Of a DNA stretch of 32,000 nucleotides, positions 25,905 through 32,000 are shown one piece after another. Position 1 is the stretch's first letter. The number at the start of each line of letters is the position of its first letter. Both the position numbers and the translations under genes were made by a program. The stretch is from Candidatus Nanosynbacter sp. BB002 (GTDB lineage Bacteria > Patescibacteriota > Saccharimonadia > Saccharimonadales > Saccharimonadaceae). Location: NCBI RefSeq assembly GCF_037013405.1, contig NZ_CP146064.1:390001-422000 (forward strand), in the 5' to 3' direction. The notes below the pieces were generated by a model. That model ran no database searches. It saw nothing but the letters and a program-made list of their open reading frames with translations, and was not told the origin of the DNA.

Positions 25905-26989
25905 AAGTCGTAATTATCCAGCGTTAGAGTTATTTCCTCGCTCATGTTCTCATCAACTTTCACTGACAGCTGTTCAATACGATAGTAGCCGCTTAGTGGG
26001 CAAGATGAATACTTATTTTGCTCAACTACGATACGGTCGCCCACGCCGATGCTGTTCAAGTCAAACTGCGTCCCGCGCACTGTGACGCGCGGCAGGTCGA
26101 CCAGGCGACTCATCACGGCAACATCAGCCTCGCAATGCCCCGCCAACGTCGATAGGTTCTTGATGCTATTGTATAGCTGCACTTTTTCGCGCAGGATAAA
26201 CTCCTGCTGGCTCAATACATCCTCAGCACTATAGCGGATTGTCTCCTCACCCATACCAGAGGCCTTGCCTATGATGTTGTTGTACAGGTTTGCCCCAGAT
26301 TGCGGCAGCTCCATACGAATCGCACCGATACCCAAGCCGTCATCAGGATAATGTACCACTACATCTGGCCGTTCGTTGCCCAGTGTCTGAAACGTCTCGA
26401 ACTTGCGGTCGTAGGTGAAACGGAAGTCAAATTTGCCGTCCTGCAAGTTCGTTAGCGACACCAGCGCATCTTTGGCGTTGATATCCTCCCAGTCGTCCAT
26501 TCTGTCGCGTTGTATGCCGGTGCGGTACTGCCTGCTACCTCTAGTGATGCCGACGTCGCCGTTCGGGCGATTCTGCGCCTCCTGAATGACGCCCCAGGCA
26601 ATGTCCGTAGTTTCAATACCTTTCCAGCGGCCGTTCAAGTATCGCGCGTCAATCAGATTCAAGTAGCCGTCGCACTGCACCAACACTCGTGCATTGTCGG
26701 TATTCAGGTTGCGGTTCGCTTCCACCGCTACCGAGCCAAACAGATACTCGCCATTACGCTTGATTTTGATGTCGCTCACCCACGGCTTTAGAATCGTGTT
26801 TGGGTCTTCGCTAATCCGCCGACACTTCTCCTCCCAGTCTGGCATTGACATGTTAAAGTCTAGCGACTCTACGCCGTTTCGCGTCATGCTCCAGTCGAGG
26901 TCTTGGCAAAGTCTGGTGATGTCGGCTACCTTTGTTTTGCCACGATGCCATAGCTCGATAGTGTAGCGTGGTGGTACGTATTCATCCAT
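25901..26989 (-). CDS. Tal-like tail tip/baseplate hub protein (362 aa, short form)
   Basis: Immediately downstream of Dit. Size and position fit a Tal N-terminal (gp27-like) module. I prefer ATG 26989 (MDEYVPPRY...), which overlaps the Dit stop as TAATG. Confidence 0.6.
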   Translation of the reverse strand: MDEYVPPRYTIELWHRGKTKVADITRLCQDLDWSMTRNGVESLDFNMSMPDWEEKCRRISEDPNTILKPWVSDIKIKRNGEYLFGSVAVEANRNLNTDNARVLVQCDGYLNLIDARYLNGRWKGIETTDIAWGVIQEAQNRPNGDVGITRGSRQYRTGIQRDRMDDWEDINAKDALVSLTNLQDGKFDFRFTYDRKFETFQTLGNERPDVVVHYPDDGLGIGAIRMELPQSGANLYNNIIGKASGMGEETIRYSAEDVLSQQEFILREKVQLYNSIKNLSTLAGHCEADVAVMSRLVDLPRVTVRGTQFDLNSIGVGDRIVVEQNKYSSCPLSGYYRIEQLSVKVDENMSEEITLTLDNYDL

Positions 26990-27876
26990 TACGCAACTCC
27001 CGTGTAGCCGTTGTACCACTCGACGATAGCTGTGCCAGTATCAGCACTGTTCGAGGTATTGAAAATCAGCTCATTTAGCCCTGGCACTAAACGCCAGTAT
27101 TGGCTGCTGGTGAGGTTGTTATCGATACCTACCCCATTTAGCGTCACTTCTCGGTTGTATGTATCAAATACGATTGTGTCGCTGTCTGTCGTGCTGATAT
27201 TTAGTGCCAATATTTCGCCAGTTGTCTGGTTGGACACGGTCGGATTGGTGACTTTGCCAGTAATTGTGATTGTTGGCCAGACGTACGTATTGCCGTCGTT
27301 GATGGCGTGGTTCACTCCTCCGCCGGCCACCCAGTGCAAGCCGTCACGCTCCCAAAGCAATCCCGTAGGGCTCCACAATAAACCACCGTCACGCGGTCGC
27401 TCGAGCGTAACTCTCTGTGCTGCACCGTCAGTGTAGTCGTACATTCGCGGATCGCCCGCTACTAGCTCGATGTCATAGTCGGCAATGAGCGGCCACTCAA
27501 TCTTTGGATCAAGAGGCTGTGTCAGCTTGGTAATAGTCTGATAAACGCGTCCAGTTGGCGTGAATAGCTGCACCCGCAACTTGTCACGGATCTTGATGGT
27601 TCTAGCGATTTTTGCCATCTCGGCGTGCATTTCGGCCAATTTTCCGTCATGCTCCACCAACACGAAAAAGCTCAATGGTATTTGTCGCACGCCGTAAAAC
27701 TGCTCATCTACACTACCGCCATCGGCACCAGAAAACACATATTGGCTGTTGCGAACATCGGGGTCACCAAAGCCCTTCAGTGGCGGTGTTAGGTGGGATA
27801 GCCCCTGTTTGCTGCCCGCCAGAAATACACTCTCGTTAGTGCGCATGTTGGTAATTTGCACGTCATAGGTTCTCAT
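26989..27876 (-). CDS. distal tail protein (Dit)
   Basis: 295 aa, directly after the tape measure. Call rests on position, size and siphophage synteny. RBS GAGGAGGGG inside the TMP 3' end. Confidence 0.65.
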   Translation of the reverse strand: MRTYDVQITNMRTNESVFLAGSKQGLSHLTPPLKGFGDPDVRNSQYVFSGADGGSVDEQFYGVRQIPLSFFVLVEHDGKLAEMHAEMAKIARTIKIRDKLRVQLFTPTGRVYQTITKLTQPLDPKIEWPLIADYDIELVAGDPRMYDYTDGAAQRVTLERPRDGGLLWSPTGLLWERDGLHWVAGGGVNHAINDGNTYVWPTITITGKVTNPTVSNQTTGEILALNISTTDSDTIVFDTYNREVTLNGVGIDNNLTSSQYWRLVPGLNELIFNTSNSADTGTAIVEWYNGYTGVA

Positions 27877-27878
27877 AT

Positions 27879-30023
27879 CTAGCCCCTCCTCATCTGCTGC
27901 ACCAAGCTGCGGTTATACTGGTCAACGTCGATGCCGTTGGTGAGGTTGACGGTTTGGTTGATTTGAGGTGTATTGCCGCTAGATGATGTGCCAGTACCTC
28001 TCTCGTTCATAGAGTTCTTCAAGAACTGACTCAGCTTACTCAGTGGGATAACGGCCTCCGGCTCACTACCCTCACCAATCATGGCTAGGGTTGCTTTTGT
28101 AGCGATGCCGCCCTCTGCAAGTTGCGGAATATTGAGGTTCGGTATTTTTGGAATATGGACGCCAGGAATAGCGTTGATAATACCTGTCGCCCAGTTTATC
28201 GAGTTGATAAATCCGTTAATCATTCCAGAAACAAAGCCTAGCACACCATTTATGGCACCTCTGAACGCCCCGCCGATAGCATTGCCTATAGACACACCTA
28301 CGCTACCAAAAATACCAACCACACCGTTCCAGATACCTCTGAACCAGCCCGCTAATCCTCCAAATACACTAACTATAGCGTTCCAAGCCCCTCTGAATAC
28401 GCCACCGAACCAACCGGCTACGACGCTAAACACGCCGACTATACCGCCCCATATGCTGCCGAACCATCCGACAGCCGCTCCCCATACGCCCGCAATAAGA
28501 TTCCAGGCTCCAGTAAATATTCCGCCGAAGAACTGCACCACCGGGGTGAACGTCGCTACGATGAAATCCCAGACGGCTTGGAAGACGGCAAATATTTGAT
28601 CCTTAAACGTAAAGAACAGCCCGATGATCAGCGCCACTGGCGCAAATATCACCGCCAAAATTGTAAGCCCCCATTGCTGCAAGAAAGCTACAACGTTATT
28701 AAATACGGTTGTGATACCTATCCAAATACTACTAAAAAAGCCGACTACACCACTAACAAACCCGCTAACAACCTGACCAATAGCTCCGAACACTCCGCTG
28801 AACCAGCCAACTGCTGCGCCCCATACTGCCGTGATAGCGTTCCACGCTTGGCCAAAGATATTGAACTTTACCTGCAAAAATACCAGTGCACCGACGACTG
28901 CGGCAATTGCCACGGCTATGATTGTAAATGGATTTAGCCCGGCTACCGCATTGAATGCCGCCATGGTCGACTGCCCATTCTTTAAAGCACCGATGAAACC
29001 TCGCAAACCGATGGCACTTTTTGCTATCGTTGTCGCAAACTGACCAACTTTCATTGCTACAAACGCCGAGCCTAGCGCTGCAATGGCTGGCACAGCATTG
29101 TCTATGATGAAATTGGCAAAACCAACAATCGTTTGCTTGTTTTCTTTCAGAAAGGCGGTGAGCTTTGTGACGCCGTCACTAAACCTGGCAAATAGTCCAT
29201 TTTGGTCAACTATCAGCCCCTTTTCAGAATCCACCCGTACACCAATAATCTCTAGTCCGAGTGACCGAATCGAGCCCTGCAAGCTAATCATTCTGTTCTG
29301 AAACGTGTTTGAGAACTTGCTAATATCAAGACTTTGTGCATACTCCGCCATAGCCGCCGTGAACTCCTCGGCGCTCACCTTGCCGCCATTGATTCTACCG
29401 GCAGCTTCCTCCATAGAAATACCAAATTTCTTGGCCAAGATTGTAGTTAGCGGGATATTATTGTTGATCAGCTGTAGAGCATCTTGTCCAAATAACGCAC
29501 CACGGCTCGTAACCTGTCCAAAAACCAGTGCTAAATTCTGCAAATTTGCACCAGAAACGATAGACAGCCTACCTAGGGTATCCATGTCTGGTATGACCTG
29601 CTGTGCCGTGCGTCCATAGCCTAGTAACGTAGAGGCTGCTTTTGAAGCATCGGGAAAAGCGATTGGCTTACCAAGTACCTGATTGTACAGTTGACCAAAA
29701 ACCTTGTTGGCCGCCTCGGTTGACCCAGTGAGCGACGCCATCTGCGCTTGTGTTGTTTGCAAGCCACTGGCGAGGTCGATAAACTGTTTTGCACCAAATG
29801 TACCGCCACCGATAACCCCGGCAGCGACGATACCAAATTTTTTTATCGTATTAGCAACGCCACCAAAGCCCCGATTTAGCCCGTCAAAAAACTTGCCATA
29901 TTTTGATTGAGTCGAGTTGAGATTTCTCTCGCTCTCGTGCATCTTTTTTTGGACATTGCTCATAGCGGTGATTGCACCACTCGAATCAACACGATATGTG
30001 ATAATAATCTCACCTTGGTTCAT
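27879..30023 (-). CDS. tail tape measure protein
   Basis: 714 aa. Helical N-terminal part, long Gly/Trp/Phe-rich repetitive hydrophobic region (VWGAAVGWF occurs twice, GWFGGVFRGAWN etc.). Positioned between the chaperones and Dit. Confidence 0.85.
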   Translation of the reverse strand: MNQGEIIITYRVDSSGAITAMSNVQKKMHESERNLNSTQSKYGKFFDGLNRGFGGVANTIKKFGIVAAGVIGGGTFGAKQFIDLASGLQTTQAQMASLTGSTEAANKVFGQLYNQVLGKPIAFPDASKAASTLLGYGRTAQQVIPDMDTLGRLSIVSGANLQNLALVFGQVTSRGALFGQDALQLINNNIPLTTILAKKFGISMEEAAGRINGGKVSAEEFTAAMAEYAQSLDISKFSNTFQNRMISLQGSIRSLGLEIIGVRVDSEKGLIVDQNGLFARFSDGVTKLTAFLKENKQTIVGFANFIIDNAVPAIAALGSAFVAMKVGQFATTIAKSAIGLRGFIGALKNGQSTMAAFNAVAGLNPFTIIAVAIAAVVGALVFLQVKFNIFGQAWNAITAVWGAAVGWFSGVFGAIGQVVSGFVSGVVGFFSSIWIGITTVFNNVVAFLQQWGLTILAVIFAPVALIIGLFFTFKDQIFAVFQAVWDFIVATFTPVVQFFGGIFTGAWNLIAGVWGAAVGWFGSIWGGIVGVFSVVAGWFGGVFRGAWNAIVSVFGGLAGWFRGIWNGVVGIFGSVGVSIGNAIGGAFRGAINGVLGFVSGMINGFINSINWATGIINAIPGVHIPKIPNLNIPQLAEGGIATKATLAMIGEGSEPEAVIPLSKLSQFLKNSMNERGTGTSSSGNTPQINQTVNLTNGIDVDQYNRSLVQQMRRG

Positions 30024-30079
30024 GACGTTATTACCCTGTCTATGCTATGATTGTGGTATAAGACGAAAGGAACTCTTAA

Positions 30080-30421
30080 ATGAATAAACAACATCATCTG
30101 TCTAAAGAATGGCTTATAAAGAAGCTGGTTTTTTGGTTTTGGCTGCACATGATTACATTTGGTGTAACCGCTTGGCTCGCCTATAGAAAATACCGCAACG
30201 TTTCTTTTGAGCTGACAGATACCGCCATCAAGTTCAGAAATGGTAGGCTCACTCGTACAATCAATTATCGAACGATAGAGGGCTTTGTGCGAAATGGCAA
30301 TACCATCGGGATTACGACGATTGGCGAAAAAATCATTGGTGGTTCGCTTGTCATCTCCGACATTGAAAATATTGACGAGTTTGAGTCTCATCTGGAAAAA
30401 TACCTTGAATCTGCCAAATAA
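30080..30421 (+). CDS. membrane-anchored bacterial PH-domain (YdbT/bPH_2-like) protein; opposite-strand moron
   Basis: 113 aa. TM helix LVFWFWLHMITFGVTAWLAY, then FELTDTAIKFRNGRLTRTINYRTIEGF, typical of bPH domains. AAAGGAA RBS. TGgTATAAG extended -10 at about 30048-30056. The overlapping minus ORF (30020..30430) looks non-protein-like. Confidence 0.65.
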   Translation: MNKQHHLSKEWLIKKLVFWFWLHMITFGVTAWLAYRKYRNVSFELTDTAIKFRNGRLTRTINYRTIEGFVRNGNTIGITTIGEKIIGGSLVISDIENIDEFESHLEKYLESAK

Positions 30422-30423
30422 CC

Positions 30424-30720
30424 CTACCATTTTGCCTGCTTCTCCAATAAACTGATTAGCTTGTTGGCCTTTTTGCCACCAAGCGCAGCGGTAATTATCG
30501 CCATTTGCTGTAACGCCTCTTGTGCCTTGAATACACGAGCTGCTTTGATTAATAATTCAGAGTCTCCGTATGGCATCTCTACCGCCTCAGCAAACGGTAT
30601 TTGATAGTAGTAAACTAGAGCAGCAGCGGTGATTTTCTGATTCTTCAAAATATCCTTGGTCTGTTTTTCAATCAGCAAGGCTAGCTTTTCTGGATCGTAC
30701 TGCTGCTCGTGGTCTTCCAT
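30424..30720 (-). CDS. tail assembly chaperone, T-like distal ORF (98 aa)
   Basis: Lies in the -1 frame relative to the upstream chaperone, with its ATG overlapping that stop (TAATG). Position matches gpT. Confidence 0.55.
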   Translation of the reverse strand: MEDHEQQYDPEKLALLIEKQTKDILKNQKITAAALVYYYQIPFAEAVEMPYGDSELLIKAARVFKAQEALQQMAIITAALGGKKANKLISLLEKQAKW

Positions 30721-31103
30721 TACTGCAATACCTCGACCCCCTCAGCACGAAGTGTTGCGTAATCCTCAGTCGCTAGTCTGAATAGCTCTGTCATGAATGC
30801 TTCGAGGTTTTCATCTCCGATTAACTCGACGAGTTTATCTACTTCTGGTGCGCCATCAATTGGCTCTAGATTAGAAAGCAGCTCACCACTTAGCGAATTG
30901 GAAACGATTGCCTGTAGCTGTGCACCGCCCACGCCCTTGACGCTACGCCTAGCATCATATTGAGTTGCAACCACTTTTGTGCGGCTCAGTCGCGGAACAA
31001 CATATTTCAAGGTACTCACATTACCGTTGTCGCTCATTTCAAGCGCCATGACAACACGCGGCGCACTAGTCTGGCTTTGAGTTTTATTAAACTTAAACGC
31101 CAT
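30720..31103 (-). CDS. tail assembly chaperone, G-like (127 aa)
   Basis: Between the major tail protein and the tape measure. Acidic C-terminus. ATG 31103 with GGAGGATAAG upstream. Confidence 0.6.
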   Translation of the reverse strand: MAFKFNKTQSQTSAPRVVMALEMSDNGNVSTLKYVVPRLSRTKVVATQYDARRSVKGVGGAQLQAIVSNSLSGELLSNLEPIDGAPEVDKLVELIGDENLEAFMTELFRLATEDYATLRAEGVEVLQ

Positions 31104-31192
31104 CTTATCCTCCATTTCATAGTTGTAAAAACTACATTACTTTTTATCAATTTAGGTATTGACACGGTGTTTTTAGTACCGTGCCACCCCTG

Positions 31193-31699
31193 TTACGCAA
31201 ATGTCAGTTCGCCCTCGACAAACTGACCGTTGACAGTAACTTCGTACTCAGTCAAGCCATCTTCCAGTGACCAGTCAGTTAATGTTGCGTCTGCATCTAA
31301 AATATAAATAGTATGCTTCGCCTGTGATGCCAATTTAGGTACCAGCTTTAAGGTACCGGGCACTTGTGTCGAAGAGCCCTTTTTTAATCCAACTTGGACT
31401 GCACCACTTGTGCCGACAGTAACACCGTCTACGTTGTCGATTCTCTCACCACTGTCATAAACATGACCTGGTACGATATTCTTCAAGTTCTCCTGACCAA
31501 TATCGGTAACTTTAAACTTCATACTCGAAGTAAACTTCTTGACCACTTTTAGGCTTGTGCCGTCTATAAAATCGCGCGTCACCTTGTCATCGTCATTGTC
31601 TGGTTCGAGATCGTGTACGCCCAGAATTTTCTTAAAATTCTTGCCGTCTTTTGTACCAAAGTACAAATCGTGTGTCAGCCCAGAATATTCAATTGCCAT
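31193..31699 (-). CDS. major tail protein
   Basis: 168 aa with a beta-rich composition. Called by position immediately upstream of the chaperone pair. AAAGGAGAGAAAGC before the ATG. Confidence 0.65.
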   Translation of the reverse strand: MAIEYSGLTHDLYFGTKDGKNFKKILGVHDLEPDNDDDKVTRDFIDGTSLKVVKKFTSSMKFKVTDIGQENLKNIVPGHVYDSGERIDNVDGVTVGTSGAVQVGLKKGSSTQVPGTLKLVPKLASQAKHTIYILDADATLTDWSLEDGLTEYEVTVNGQFVEGELTFA

Positions 31700-31718
31700 T
31701 GCTTTCTCTCCTTTTGCC

Positions 31719-32000
31719 TTAATCTTTCAAAACTAATGTTACAGATTGGGCACTCCATACCCCCATCCGTAGTTCAGAGGCTTCGTAGGCACTGTCTTGC
31801 ATCGGAAATACACTCACACGAATGAATCTCGCGTCGGTGTATGGCAATTGCATCAATGCCGTTCTCAGCTTGCTGTCAAGCTCGTACAGCTCGGCCGCAT
31901 CGGCTTTTACTACGGTGATAGTTAGCTCGGTAGTCAGCTTGGTATTACCTAAGTTACCGCCGTCGTATTCACCGCCGCTAGCCGCAACTGCTACCATGCC
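31719..32000 (-). CDS. head-tail joining / tail-terminator-like protein (partial; may extend past the right edge)
   Basis: The frame is open to the window edge. Position is upstream of the major tail protein. No motif recognised. Confidence 0.45.
   Translation of the reverse strand, partial: GMVAVAASGGEYDGGNLGNTKLTTELTITVVKADAAELYELDSKLRTALMQLPYTDARFIRVSVFPMQDSAYEASELRMGVWSAQSVTLVLKD

Larger units (their letters stand above)
17246..32000 (-). mobile_element. siphovirus-type prophage (recombinase end plus fibre, lysis and tail modules); right end beyond the window, left boundary only approximate
   Basis: A tyrosine recombinase abuts hisS. It is followed by small regulatory-type genes, tail fibre, holin/endolysin, Tal/Dit/tape measure/chaperones and major tail protein, all co-oriented. 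No attL could be defined because the other end is not in the window. Confidence 0.8.

Noticed and set aside
28100-28950. Internal Gly/Trp/Phe-rich repeats in the tape measure gene (VWGAAVGWF twice, and others) as a possible special repeat element
   Set aside because: The repeats are degenerate at the DNA level. Such periodic hydrophobic repeats are a normal feature of tape measure proteins.
30020-30430. 136-aa minus-strand ORF filling the chaperone-TMP gap
   Set aside because: Its sequence is not protein-like, with no motif and erratic composition. The + strand ORF in the same DNA has a TM helix, a recognisable PH-domain pattern, an RBS and a promoter-like box.
1-32000. CRISPR arrays, rRNA genes, IS elements with terminal inverted repeats
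   Set aside because: No regularly spaced direct repeats, rRNA-like conserved stretches or transposase-like ORFs were seen on either strand.

Overview
Two regions. (1) 1 to ~17.2 kb is a compact housekeeping block, mostly on the minus strand. It holds rpoC (partial, missing from the ORF track because it has no in-window stop), rpoB, tmk, dcd and a HIT hydrolase. A plus-strand pair follows (small ORF + SAMHD1-like HD protein with degenerate HD motifs), then clpP, folA (+), thyA, a Tat-signal/HExxH metalloprotease split by a frameshift, tig and hisS. Several of these genes have an extended -10 box (TGnTAnAAT) only 6-9 nt before the ATG and no Shine-Dalgarno, so they look leaderless. Gene content and protein sequences suggest a small-genome, Gram-positive-type bacterium, possibly Patescibacteria/Saccharibacteria-like; this is an unverified guess. 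(2) ~17.25 kb to the right edge is one end of a siphovirus-type prophage, with essentially everything on the minus strand. In order it holds a small Xer-like tyrosine recombinase, a 125-aa protein, an RHH protein, an acidic protein, a tail-fibre module and a lysis cassette (XhlA-like, GH25+2xLysM endolysin, Zn-ribbon protein, holin). Next come three tandem paralogous small proteins, Tal-like, Dit, tape measure, a reverse-oriented membrane PH-domain moron, two tail chaperones, the major tail protein and a partial head-tail gene. The main finding is a candidate tail-fibre switch. The fibre gene carries an 18-nt core (TATAGTCCTACCACGACA, reading IVLPRH in frame) that recurs in inverted orientation at the head of two start-less, plus-strand open frames encoding alternative fibre C-termini. 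One cassette is convergent with the expressed end, as in the Mu G segment. The other lies upstream, so using it would flip the constant half of the gene. No serine invertase is visible; the only recombinase in the window is the tyrosine recombinase. No CRISPR array, rRNA or tRNA was recognised.
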